This document shows positions 1 to 12,900 of a stretch of DNA of 64,000 bases, piece after piece (positions within the stretch are counted from its first letter, which is position 1; every line of letters begins with the position of its first letter). The stretch spans positions 62,001-126,000 of the forward strand of contig NEEC01000023.1 of NCBI GenBank assembly GCA_002189035.1, read 5' to 3'. This stretch comes from Utricularia gibba. Lineage: Eukaryota > Plantae > Magnoliophyta. The notes under the pieces are model-generated. The model saw only the letters and a list, made by a program, of their open reading frames with translations, was not told the origin of the DNA and ran no database searches. The translations under genes were made by a program, and so were the position numbers.

Positions 1-8
1 CTGTTCAG

Positions 9-1507
9 GAAACTCTTCATATTCATAAAAAAGATGATGCTCCGCAAGATTTTGATCAGTTGGAACTGGAAAATGGTGACAATATTTCCAGTGATTTATC
101 TGTAACAAAATTTTCAGAGCTTAAATACCCCATTCCTCGAAGGAGCTTATTGAAGAATTGGAAATTGATGTATGCTATTATCGTGTATTGTGTATTCCAG
201 CTTCACGATATGGCTTACGTGGAGGTATTTTTGTTCTTGTCTTCAAATAATATGTGGGTTGGATTCACCAGAATATCAACCGGCCTCTACCGTCTTCCTT
301 TGCTAGATATTCTCTTTGTGGGCTGTCAGTCCTAGGAAACTTGGGGCTTAAGCTATAGCACTGCTGATGTGGGTGAAGTTCTTGCCATTACAGGTATGGT
401 TCCATTGTTTTAGTCTCTCACGCTCTGATATGGAGAACATGGTGAGCCTTGGTTTGAGTTTGCATCATCTCTCATCAACATGGAGAGTTTGCTGTCCCAA
501 ATCTCAAACTGCAATGCACATTTACAAGGCTCACTAAAGAGAATTTGTGTAGCTTTTTTATGTATGTCTATTAATCATCCTCAGGAATGGGATTGCTGAT
601 TTTTCAACTGCTCTTGTACCCTCAAGTGGAGAGATTACTAGGGCCGATCAATGTTTCTCGAATTGGTGGGGTACGAGTTCCGTTATCCAGTCAACACTAT
701 TTCAGAATCTAAGCATTTGCTGTTGTAACCTTTTTATGATGGTTTTTTAATCCACAGTTTCTCACAATTCCCTTGTTGTCAAGCTACCCGTTCATTGCCA
801 AGTTAACTGGTCTTGCCCTTGTGTTGGTCCTCAACAGTGCATCCGTGCTCAAGAATGTTCTCTCTGTGAGTTCTCACCATCTCTTTAACACACCATATGA
901 TATAGCAGCTTGCATGAGCCTCCCTCCTGTCCTTGTTCAGGTGTCCATATCCACAGGGCTGCTAGTTGTTCAAAATCGAGTCGTTGTAAGTTTTCTGTCA
1001 CCCATTCACATTCCTCATCATCAAATCATACATGAGAAATTATATTCGGAGACGCCCGGTAGAGCAATGCTGACTAAAGATGTGTGTTTCAGTCACAAGA
1101 GCAGAGGGGTGCTGCAAATGGGATATCCATGACAGCCATGTCCCTTTTCAAGGCAGCCGGCCCTGCCGCCGGTGGCTCCTTGTACGTTACATCAAAAACC
1201 ATCCTCTGGTTTTTACCATGGAATCCCACCCTTGATGTCTCTCTGTCTGCTTTTGATTTTCTTCTCAGGCTCTCATGGGCTGAAGGCAGACAAGATGCTC
1301 GAGTGCTTCCGGGTACAACCAAGCACTAATATTTAGATCCATACTCTCTGTTAGTAATGGTAACCAAATGGGAGACATGTTGCAGGTGCCCATATGGTGT
1401 TCTTCATGCTAAACGTGGTTGAGTTTCTGGGGCTGCTGATGTCCTTTACGCCCCTTCTTGCTCTCCCTCGAGATGGTGGAGCAGCCACTGCTGACTCCAG
1501 CCCCTGA
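9..1507 (+). CDS. ZIFL1: ZINC INDUCED FACILITATOR-LIKE MFS transporter, 3' exons only (gene continues left of the window)
   Basis: Exons translate to [82 protein letters not shown] and [20 protein letters not shown]. Stop TGA at 1505-1507. One base is missing in the G4 run at 343-346. Confidence 0.9.
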
Positions 1508-2717
1508 TCATTGACTACCAGTTTGAAGAATTTTGTAGCAGGGGAACTGCAAGAGCAGATATGCAGATTCCGTCAAATGAACCCCAGGATGCTAACTACT
1601 ACTACTACTCTCTCCCTCTTCTTCAATTGTAGTTGCAGATTTTATCATCGGATTCAACTTCAGATCAGTGTTTAAAACCTTAATAAAGGGGTTCAGGGCC
1701 TAAACTAGGTTTTTTTATTTTAATACGATTTCGTTTATAATCCAAAGCGATTTAATATTCAGTTTTAAACGGTTCATGATTTAATTATGATTGGATCGCA
1801 ATTTAATTATGGTTTGATGTTTTCTATAAAAAAAGTATTAGATTTTTTAAGGTTTGAACTTCAATTGAATCTTTTGAATCATGAATTGTTTGTACAAACA
1901 GTTCATAATTTTTTTATAAACACTAATTCTAGATGAATTATTGTTTTGGTATAAGATTATCTATTTTAAATAATATATGTTAATTTATGAATATTTACAT
2001 ATGATGTTATTATGTACGATAATTTTTTTTATTTAATGTATGTATTTTGAGTCATTTCATAGCTATTTTGATCGTTTTACGTTTTAATTTCTCAATTATC
2101 ATGGTTCACATTAATTGGTTTTCCTTTAAAAAATGAAGTTCATTATTAAAGCATCAATTTATAATGCCATATTAAATTAAAATATTCTATCAGGTCATTA
2201 AGGAATGGCCCACTTGCACCACGTGCGGATTACCAGATTCGGTTAATATCCAAATATTAAAAAAAGTGTTTTCGGATTATACCGTTGACCGTCACCTATT
2301 CTACTTTCGTAGGAAGTCAACGCAATCCCTCCTCGCCACTCGCCAGTCAAAATTATAGTATCTATATAAATAAATGAATAATATTTTACTGTTGCTGTTA
2401 TCTTGGCAGTCAACATCTTGGGTTGACGATGTAAGCAAACCTAGGTGAAATTTCATCTAAATTTTCGCAAATTCTTCTTTCACTGAATCTGAATCGAACA
2501 AGCACATATATTCATGTTAAGTATATAATAATATGCATCATATTTGAAAATATTTAAATCAATCGATTACTAATGGTATGTAATACAATGATTCACTCAA
2601 TCTTGGTCAGGTGATGCTAAACACACTTCAGCAACAGATGCGTCTGTGTGACTACTCACCGCCAAGACAAATACTCATCGGAGATGGCTGAATGCTGCCG
2701 CTGATGTTCTCTTCTCT

Positions 2718-3261
2718 TCACTTGACGTAATCGCAGACGCCCATGGAACACGTAGTGCACTTGGTGAAGCTGCAGCTGTTGCAGTGGCGCGGATTGCTCA
2801 TCACGTTGATGCATCTCCCATTGCAGCACCTTGACTGAAGGCTGCACCTGCGTCTGCACCCACCGCAGTTTCTTGAATCCCATCTGATATCCACGCACGC
2901 GCTGCCGCACCTTACCCGCCCGCCCGGGCACCGCCTTCTCCTCATCCCGTTGCTCCTCCGGGAGAGCTCCGATTCCGTCGAGTTCGTCACTGCCATCGCC
3001 GCCCTTCTACCCAGTCCGCCCGTCACGGCACCTTCACAACACAGCAGCCGAGTTTTGTCAGTCACCAAGCTACACAGTTACAATGCTGTACAGTAAAAAC
3101 CTACTGAAATCAGGGCCTTGTTCGCGAGACATGATGTGTAAAGGCATGTGGCCTTGGAGCTGCTGCCATAACCCAGCATCCATTTTCGCCGCCACCAGAA
3201 TCGCCGTCACGGCGGCTCCGGCTACCACAATAAAGATCAAAGCTTTCATCAGCTTGGCCAT
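2718..3261 (-). CDS. STIG1-family secreted cysteine-rich protein
   Basis: Signal-peptide-like MAKLMKALIFIVVAGAAVTAILVAA from ATG 3261, plus Cys-rich CGSACVDIRWDSRNCGGCRRRC...CCNGRCINVMSNPRHCNSC in ORF 2718-3068. The two parts join in frame if 3070-3172 is a GT-AG intron. Confidence 0.8.
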
Positions 3262-3460
3262 CTTCGCTCTGACTGGCTTACCGGGAGATAAAAAACACAC
3301 AGGCGATGAAGGGCTTTTATACAGGAGGAGTCAAAAACTGAGGCTAGCAGATTAAACAACAAATCATCGAGCGTTGGCTTCCTCTTTTGACTGTGGCGCA
3401 GGCACGTGGAGTTTCTGAGAATACCCTCACCAGTTCATCCCTATTACCCTAAAACTACCT

Positions 3461-3773
3461 GTAAGAAAACTTTTATTTGATTTTTGCTTTTAAAAATAAC
3501 ATTTAAGGTATATAATAGTATATTAAAATCAAGTGATTTTAAAAAATAATAATATATTAATTTTTTTAAATTCAATGCAACTTTTTTATACTAATTTAAA
3601 ACTATATTTACAATTCTCCATGTGAGAAAACTTTATTTGATTTTCGCTGTTAAAAAAATTAGGTATGTAATTGTACATTAAATTTATGTGATTTTAACAG
3701 AAAAAATTATAATAATATATTCATTTCTTAAAATTGAAGCTTTTTATACTAATTTAAAATTATATTTACAATT
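3461..3773. repeat. Degenerate tandem duplication of an AT-rich unit of about 160 bp
   Basis: Copy 1 starts gtaagaaaacttttatttgattttt at 3461 and copy 2 starts gtgagaaaactttatttgattttc at 3622. Both end ttttatactaatttaaaa(c/t)tatatttacaatt. Confidence 0.75.
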
Positions 3774-4864
3774 TTAATGAAAAAGCACAAATACTTAATT
3801 CAATAAAAACTGAATTATTCTAACACTAAAAGCACGTGCGCATAAAATCTGAATTTGGATATGATTTTTAAATCATTGATTTGGCGCCGTTTTCTCCATC
3901 GACTGCGAGTTTTTATTTTAAATCATTGATTTTTACATCTTAATTACGTTGACACCGTCAACGGGGTGCGGTTTTAATTAAGACGGGCGGGCTGGCCTGA
4001 TGATGCAATTTTTCCAAGATTGGGACATTTTTTTTATTACATCTTTTTATGTGTTTAAAATTAATCAATATTTGAAATTCAATTAATTTGATGGGTGATG
4101 GGGTCTAAATCGAATTCGGTTAATTGATTATTGAAAATGAGCTGAAAGGTGCCCTGATGAATTGGTGCAGGCCAACAGGTTGATATGTGTCAGAAATTTG
4201 ACAGTAACGGTCGATTTGGAAAGATTGAAAAGTAGTTGAATTATGGTAGAGCAGACGTTAATTATCTGAAAAGCAGGATCACAGTACATATTACAAGCGT
4301 AAAAAGCAACCGACATCTACATAATTCAGGATTCGATCCGATTGGACTCTTCTATAAGTCTGAGAAATTCTAAAGATAAAAAGGATTGAAGTCTAAACCT
4401 CCTATTCTATATTTTCTCTCCTCCTCCGTCTAGTAAAGATCATTTTCTGGTAAACTCTAACAGTTCCATGATTTTTCCATTTCTCCGGTGATTTCCACAT
4501 AAAAAACCATTGTGTCTCTTTATTTCTGTTAATGGTACCAAGCAAAACACTTACGCCATAACCTATACAATGCATCTGATCATATACATAATCTGAAAAT
4601 CAACTTCTGTTCGAATATCGATTTTCTCCCTCAACAATGGATTTTTTCTAACACATAATTTGACAAGATGTGATTTCGAAAATTAAAAATTGAGATTTTT
4701 TAATTTATTAATTTTTAAAAGACAAAAATATACATTTTTAAATTTAAAATTAATCCATATTTGATAATTAAATTATTTTGAAACATTTTTTTTAAACATA
4801 AGTTATTACAAACATGATCTAAAAAACAGCCCAAATCTTTATCCTGATTAGTGTTTTAGGAAGT

Positions 4865-6696
4865 CTAGCAACAAGAATCCCACACATGCTCCAAATCTCT
4901 TGTAAACTCCAGATTTCTACCAGCAATGATACTTTCGTGATCAAACTTGTCCAATGTTTTCAGTTCCACTTCTGGGAAATTCAGCTTCATCTTCAAGCTG
5001 CACTCCACAGGCACCACTGTATCCTGCAATCCGTGAGCAACATGAATCCTCACACCAGCAGCCTTCACCATCTCCAGGTGCTTGTCTGTAAGTTTGGAAC
5101 CACCGCATATCACATTGTGCATCGTGTGCCAGGCCGAATGGTGCGTGTGGCGTGTCGTGTCCGTGATGAAGAAATGGAGTTCACTGAAGAACAAGAGAGA
5201 CAATGTAAAGAGGATGAGGGGGATGCCTACAGTCAGCATAAGAATACTTCCCATTTTTCATGTTGTTGCAGGATAAAGAAGGACAGGGTTCACAGAGAAG
5301 ATGTAAATTACCTGACTCTCATAACCAGCTTCAGAATCCTTTCCCATGTTCTATGGTTACGGCAGAAGAAGAAGCAAACACCCCTCCCACGTGCTCGTAC
5401 CATGACATTACTGCACCGGCAAACGCCATCGGTGGCCATATTCGCCTTGGTGCAAGAGTGTTGAGTACTTGTGCAACTACATCATCCTCTCCCAGGGAGG
5501 AGAAATATGGCTGAAATTTTTGAATAACAGAAGCTGTGTTAGAATGGGAACAAGTTGATCTGTCTTATAACGGACATCAGTGTTCTTAAAATGCAGAAAA
5601 CATCAATGTGGATGCACTGAAGAAGCATCGTTGACAAGGATCAGTATGAAGAGGGAAAGGTACTAACAGGGGCTACCAAATAGATTGATTTCACCGATGC
5701 AGGGTGCCTCGCAGCTAATGCTAATGCAATCAAACAACCCATGGAGTTGGCAACCAAGTGAAATGTCTTCAGCTCAAAAGCATTGATAACCGATTCCTCA
5801 ATCACATCAAGATGATCATTCAATGTATACAAACAGTCTCTTGGTTTTGAACTCCTTCCAAATCCCAGTAGATCAACAGCATATAAGTTGTACCTGTTCT
5901 TAGAATGTTCAGAAAGATATGGAAACACTAATTCTTTCCAAATGGATGAGGACAAGAGAAATCCATGTATAAATATAACATTCTCGAAACCACCATCTTT
6001 CTCAATAGCCACCTTGCCTGCAACATCAAAAAAAGCACCTTATTCCCATCCGTGATTTGATGAATCAAAGCCCAGATAACTATCATACTACACATGATTC
6101 AAAAGCATCACACCATTCTCTTGCAAAACAGCGTTTTTTTTGTAGATCACTGTTGCAACCATCCAAAATATGAAATGAACAATGAATACAGTCACGTTAA
6201 ACAGGCATCCTAAGCAATAGCAACAGTATACCATTCCCAGCATCTTGGCGCCTAACGGCAACATGGAGCGGAGAACCATTACAATCCTTCATCCATGAAA
6301 CACAAGACTCGCACCCACAATCCGACCACCTATTCCCACGACGTTCAACTAAAACTGATGCATTTTCACCCCTAGTTCGAGGAAAATTCAATAAACCCAT
6401 TTGTCTTAAGAAGCTTTTTCTTCCATGGAGGCTTTCAGAAAGCCCGTTGTCCCCGTCTGGAACCCCCTGCGCCCCGAACAGTAGCATGAAGAAGGAGTTC
6501 CTTCATAGAATTCATCAAGGAATCTGAAGACGACACACATTACGGCATCGAGAATATCCAGCAAGAAGAAGACAACGAAGCTGGTAGCTGAAATCAGGAA
6601 TTCCGAGAAAAGCATTTCCATAGAAACAGGATTACCGATCTCGATCGCAGTTCTGGAGGGCCGCATGAATTTAGTAAACTTTATAGGGGAGGCCAA
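4865..6696 (-). CDS. BDG4: BODYGUARD-like alpha/beta hydrolase (BDG4-like)
   Basis: Motifs RWSDCGCESC, NVIFIHGF, AVDLLGFGRS.KPRD.LYTL, MGCLIALALAA, TRHTHHSAWHTMHNVICGG. Single-base frameshifts at 6463-6467 and 5386-5388. Start uncertain; first true ATG in frame is 6666. Confidence 0.88.
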
Positions 6697-7355
6697 CTTG
6701 TACGTAGTTTGAACACGTCTCCACTGCCATAGCCACTGAATTCATTGCGATCCCTACAGCCAGGTCTTTCTTCCCCTTTTTCCACAGACAACAAGAGACA
6801 AAGTGGTGTGGTGTGGTATCCTGAGTAGTCAACCATTCCACTGGCATCTCTGGTTTGAAGATGATGATCTACAAATCTGATCCATACCGCAATTAAGAAA
6901 TTATCAAAATTCTAAATGCTCGCATTCTAAAATGATTGAATATGGATTCTGTTGTATGATAAATTTATATACAAGCAAATTCATATATTTCTATTCTTCC
7001 AAAATTGATATTTCACTTTTATAAAAATAATATTAAAAAAGTTTTTAAGTTTTTTAATTTTTTAAATAGAAATAACTTGCTTTCATAGCAAATTTATTTT
7101 TAGAATATTTTTAAAAAATATAATTGTTCCAAATAAATATTTATTTTAACTTTCATTCATTTGAATTTCAGAATTTGTAATGAATTAAATTAAAATGTGA
7201 TCAATCTCTACCCATTTGAATTTCAGATTTCTATCTTTTTATTTGGTTTGTTTTCAAGGGTTTTGTGCTTTTTTCCTTCACACCCTCGACCTCGAGCCCT
7301 CAACGCGACCGTACCAAAACCGACGGTTTGAAAGGCGAAGGTGCTGCAGGTCGAC

Positions 7356-7363
7356 AAACCCTA
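7356..7363 (+). promoter_or_regulatory. Telo-box AAACCCTA in the RRP1 leader
   Basis: Exact motif about 40 nt upstream of the ATG of a ribosome-biogenesis gene, where telo-boxes are typically enriched. Confidence 0.5.
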
Positions 7364-7403
7364 GTCTCTGAGGGGGAACAGCCGCCGTTGCGATTGAAGG
7401 TCG

Positions 7404-9054
7404 ATGAAGAAGAGGTCTCGAGAGCCGAAGCCTCTGCATCCTGTTCTTGTGTCTGTTGTAGCAGGTCCGGCGCTGATCAAGTACTTGGCCTCATGCAATT
7501 CCAGGCTTAGATCTCAATCCTTGAACCTCATTCACTCATGGCTGTCGTCGGAGCCCCATCTTCTCTCCGAGCCTGATATCGGAAGGCTCTGGAAGGGTCT
7601 GTTTTACTGCCTATGGCATTCCGACAAGACGCAAAACCAGGTAGCGTTGATCAATCGTCTCACTTCATTGTTTATTTCGCTTCAACCACCGCTTTCCCTG
7701 GAGTTCTTTCGTGGGTTTTTGGTGACGCTTAGGAGGGAATGGCCTGGGATTGATAGACTGAGGTTAGATAAGTTTTATTTGTTGATACGGCGTTTTGTGC
7801 GAGTCCTGCTTGAAATGTTTAGGTCGAGAGGTTGGGATCTGGATGTAGTGGGCGACTATTTTGGTGTGTTAGATAAATATGGGTTTACGGCAGAGGATAA
7901 ACTTCGGGGGAATGGGTTGAATTATCATGTTGTATCCGTGTTTTTGGAAGAGTTGAAAGGTGTTGGTTTTCCCATGAAGAGTGAGGTCGTATGCGCGATT
8001 TTAAGACCCTTTTTTGCGGCAATTCTCAAGTCCCAAGACAAGATTTTGTTGGGCAAGATGAAAAGTTGTGTTTTTGATGAGCTGTTGAAGATGGGTAGAG
8101 ACTTGCTTGCAAAGAAGAAGATGGGAGTCACTTGTGATGGGCAGGATGGGGCTGTGTTACTAGGTATTGCTGCCTTAACAATGGGATTGTCAGACAAGTT
8201 ATACGAAGTTGGTTCAGACATAGTCTGCATTCAGGGGAACAGGAAGTTTGTTTGGGTCTGCATGAGGAGTTTCAGAAGTTAGAAAAGGAGCTGGAGTCAT
8301 CTGGTATCGAAATTGCTATCCCTGAATACATTGCTGCTGATGATGATGAGTTGCCTGCTCAGTTGATACCCCTGGAGTGTCGTGAATCTCTGCGAGATGG
8401 GGGATACAAACAATTGTTGACACAAATGATGATTGCCTTAAGAAGCGTAAGAAGGCAAAGACAGGTGCCAAAGGACAGGATAACAAGAAGAAAGAGACCA
8501 GAAGACGTGAAAATGCAGTCTTAGAAACTTCTTCAGTCTATAAAAATGATGTGATTCCTAGTTCTGTAGACGCTGTGTCTAACGAGCTGCAATCTGATAC
8601 CGATGAAATAATGATTAATGAAACGGATGTTTGCAGACGTTTTGAGGAAGTTGATGCTGAGCCTGATATCAAGAGTGACGATCCAGGCTCTCCCAAAACC
8701 CCAGTATCCTTGATGAAGCGAAAGAGAACTGATGCTGCAAGCAAGCATGATAATGGTGAGCAAAACGCATTCGAGGTCGGAGTCGTTGGCTCCAACAACA
8801 GTGTAGGAAAAAGCAGGAAGAAAGTCCGGTTTGCTATGAACCGCAACCTAGTTTGGCAACCCCAGAATCCATTGCCTCCGGAGAACCTGAGACTGCCTCC
8901 ATCAGTCACTCCCAGAGGAAGCGCGTTGAAAATGGGTGTTCCTCCAGGCCCCATTTTAGAAACACTGCCTTCTCAAAAGGGATCCAAAAAGAAGAAGCAG
9001 AAGAAGAAGAAGAAGCAGAAGAAGAAGAAGAAGAGCAGCCCCCAAGTAGATTGA
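7404..9054 (+). CDS. RRP1: Ribosomal RNA processing protein 1 homologue (Nop52 domain), apparently intronless
   Basis: LWKGLFYCLWHSDK, LRREWPGIDRLRLDKFYLLIRRF, and C-terminal KKVRFAMNRNLVWQPQNPLPP...TPRGSALK. Three ORFs join via one missing base at about 8247-8256 and one at 8399-8403. Confidence 0.88.
8989..9034 (+). repeat. Interrupted (AAG)n trinucleotide repeat encoding a poly-Lys tail
   Basis: aagaagaagcag aagaagaagaagaagcag aagaagaagaagaag gives KKKKQKKKKKQKKKKK at the RRP1 C-terminus. Confidence 0.8.
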
Positions 9055-9940
9055 GCATGGCCGAGTCTTCCGTGACTAGTTTGCAGAAGAAGCAAATGAT
9101 GATATCTAACTGAGGCCACTTCACTTCCAGGATTGGTGTGTTCCCTCATCGTTCTTCTATACCTTTTTCCATCAACCATTCTTTTTTGTATGTCAATTTA
9201 GCATCTCTTAAACATCTGGAACTACACTACTCACCGGAGACGGACGGTCCTTCGAATTGGCTTCTGGCTGATCGGAGTGGAGACTGGTGTTCCGTACAAC
9301 TTACATCATTAATTGACAAGCTAATATTTTCTTTTTTTAATCCGATTTTCCTGGAGTAAAATGATTTGAAATAAAAAAATAGATAAAGAACGATTTAAAT
9401 TTTATTATTTATTAAAAAAATTAAAAATATATTTTTGAAAAAAAACGAACGATTTAATTGTAATTAGAAATGTTTACGATTTTTTTTTGTAATTTAAAAT
9501 ATGGTTTTTACTTATCGTGTATAACCTAATAAATAGATATAAATGCTTATATTCTGTAGATGATTTCTTTAATTTATATGGGAATTGGGAAAAAAAAAGA
9601 ATAAAAAATTACTTTAAAACGGTTGCTATGGAAGCTTCTTTTCGTTTGATTTCTTTTTTCTTTTGTTTTTTTTTTTTAGTATCGCAATTAGATTTGGCTT
9701 TCTTTTCCCGGCGACTCCGCCGCGTACCTACCGGCCTCAACGACTCCCTTTCTCTTGGCTGGTGGGATCAATATAAACTCCTCCAGCTGCTGTTCTTCGC
9801 TTTCAAATGGGGATTACTTCTCTCTGTTGATGTATAAATCAATCGGAGGGCAATTCGGAATTTAAGTGAAGGATTTGGGTTTTCTTTTCGTTGTTTCTTT
9901 TTGTTGATTGCTGGAAAGTTTTTTTTAGGCGAAGGGTAGA

Positions 9941-12900
9941 ATGGAACCCACATCGGCGAGGATCTCGTTTTTTGACTTGGTGGCGGCGATCTTGAAGGGA
10001 AGCAAGATCGATGATTCTCGCGCCTTGGGGAACTCGTCGGAGTTGATTACTTATTTGGTAGAGAAAAGGGAGCTTGTGATGCTGCTTACGACCTCGTTTG
10101 CGGTGCTGATTGGCTGCGTGGTTGTACTGATGTGGCGGCGCTCAAATGGATCAGCGAAGAATAGGGATGTGGTGCCGATCAAACTGGTCGTTCCAAAGCG
10201 GGGGGAGGATGACGACGAGGGGCCAACGATGGGAAGAAGAAAGTTTGCATCTTTTTTGGGACTCAGACTGGAACCGCCGAAGGCTTTGCCAAGGTAAAGG
10301 GTTTAAAAGTTTCTTCCATTCTTTTTTGTATGTATATGCTAAAAAGATTAAAGAATGTGCGCCTTTCTTCCAAGTCTTAGCTGATACTTTATGCTTGGCA
10401 TTTTTCTGTTCCGAATTCCACAGGCATTTGCTGAAGAAGGCAGAGCTCGATATCCGCAGGCCGTATTCAAAGTTATTGATCTGGTGTGTTTTACTAGTGC
10501 AAACTTCCCGTATTTCTTTTTTACCGATAATTAAGGGAATCAGCTTTTTGATAAATGATGACAGGATGAGTATGCTGCTGAAGATGAAGAATATGAGGAA
10601 AAATTGAAGAAGGAGATATTGGCATTCTTCTTCCTTGCGTCGTATGTTTATTGATCATTTCTCTGTGTTCATTTTTTTGGGGCAATATTCTGAATATTTC
10701 AGGGACCTAAACAATTGTGTGATTTCTGAGTGCAGATATGGAGATGGTGAGCCCACTGACAATGCAGCCAGATTCTATAGATGGTTTACTGAGGTGAAAC
10801 GTCTGATATAGGTTTATATGAGGTTTTCATTTGGCCCATGGAAACTGAAGTCCAACAATTCTTGCTATAAAACAGGAAGCCGTGAGGGGGGAATGGCTGA
10901 CCAATCTTCAGTATGGAATATTTGGCCTTGGGAATAGACAATATGAGCATTTCAACAAGGTTTGCTACAGTGTACAATAGCATTTGGCGGCTTCAACAGA
11001 TTGAAAAGGTTTCACAGTGTTTTGTAATGATTTCTTCTTTATTTTTTCGTACAACAGATTGCAAAGGTGGTCGACAAGATCATGATTGATCAAGGTAATT
11101 GGTTAGACGCACACCCAACATTCAGTTGTATTTAAGAGTGGTCGGTGGAGATTTCTATTTGCATCAGCGACATTAAAGACGCTAGTGGTTGCAATGCCTG
11201 TTGGGTTGGATGATGCATTCTATTTGCATCATCTTTGGAAGAATTGAAACTTAAAATGGGTTGGATGATTCTGTTCAGTTCTTCATCAAGCCAAAATAAT
11301 TTTCATCCTTATACACATCATTGCATTCTGAAGTTAGGAGTGCTTTTGAGCTATACGTATCCTGGCTCACTCTTTTGTTGTTGTGTTTTCTTTTTTTTTT
11401 TTTTCTTCTCCTTCATACCTGATACTTGCGTACCTTCAGGTGGAAAGCAGCTTGTCCCACTCGGTCTTGGAGATGATGATCAGTGCATTGAAGATGATTT
11501 TTCTGCATGGTAAATGTCTACAAGCTGTCTTGGCATGATTTTTGAACACAACATGATTGATTCTTGCATCATGATTGCAGGCGTGAATTGGTGTGGCCGG
11601 AATTGGATAAGTTGCTCCGGAGTGAAGATGATACATCTGTTGCTACTCCATACACTGCTACCATATTGGAATACCGAGTTGTGTTCCATGACTCATCGGA
11701 GCAAACCATACTGGATCACAGCTCCACTGATGCTTCTATCAATGGAGGCATGATACATGATGCTCAGCATCCTTGCAAGTAAATGCGTACATCTGTTTTT
11801 CCTTTGGGTGTTCCGATCATTGTCCTATCATGAATAACACCGGTAACCTCTTTGATTGAAGATTAAATGTTGCTGCTAAAAGAGAACTTCATACCCCAGC
11901 ATCGGACCGATTTTGCACTCACTTAGAATTTGACATATCTGGCACCAGTCTCCGGTACACTTTTAAGTCTCCATTTACTTGTGATTAAATTTTGGATTCT
12001 ACTGTGTTTTAGGATGCCCAAGTGGAAACTCTAAGTTTCACCAATATCTTACACTTGTTTATTTGCACAGGTATGAAACAGGTGATCATGTTGGTGTATA
12101 CTGCAATAATTTGATTGAAACTGTGGAGGAAGCAGAAAGGTTACTGAATGTTTCTCCACAAACATTCTTCTCAATCCACACGGATAACGAGGATGGGTCT
12201 CCCATTAGTGGAAGCTCATCTTTGCCACCTCCCTTTCCACCATGCACGTTGCGAGTTGCACTAACTCAATATGCAGATCTTTTGAGTTCTCCAAAAAAGG
12301 TACCAAGGCTTCCTGGAACGATGGTTTGAAATGCAGTTGGGATCTAATTTTTCCTCTGTTTTCCAGTCTGCTTTACTTGCGTTAGCAGCTTATGCATCTA
12401 ACCCAGAAGAAGCGGATCGACTGAGATATCTAGCTTCCCCTAGCGGAAAGGTTCATGATGATTCGCCTTGATGATGTTGTATTCTTTCAATGATCAAGCA
12501 TGCTCCTAAACCTGTTGTTCTATCAAACATATTATGCACTCCAGGAGGAATATGCTCAGTATATAGTTGCAAGCCAGAGAAGTTTACTTGAGGTCATGGC
12601 TGACTTCCCATCTGCAGTACCTCCAATTGGTGTATTCTTTGCTGCTATTGCCCCTCGACTCCAGCCGAGATTTTATTCCATCTCATCCTCCCCAAAGTTA
12701 GTGTTACTTGTTTTGGCATAGTTGTTTCATCGGTTTGATTTAAACTTCTGTATCATGCATTCTCACCATCAGTTATTTCCTGTAGGATTGCACCATCCAG
12801 AATCCATGTTACCTGTGCCCTGGTTTATGATGAAATGCCAACAGGACGAATTCACAAGGGCGTGTGCTCAACATGGATGAAGGTATTTCTGTAGAATTGT

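Noticed and set aside
1665-2200. hAT/MITE-like start CAGTGTTTAAAACC in an AT-rich spacer
   Set aside because: No matching inverted terminus or target-site duplication was found.
4150-4270. C/D box snoRNA-like TGATGA...CTGA
   Set aside because: No terminal stem and no recognisable rRNA antisense element. Such motifs are common by chance.
8853-9179. Glu-rich, Ser-rich and Phe-rich ORFs overlapping the RRP1 3' end
   Set aside because: These are alternative-frame and antisense readings of the (AAG)n repeat.
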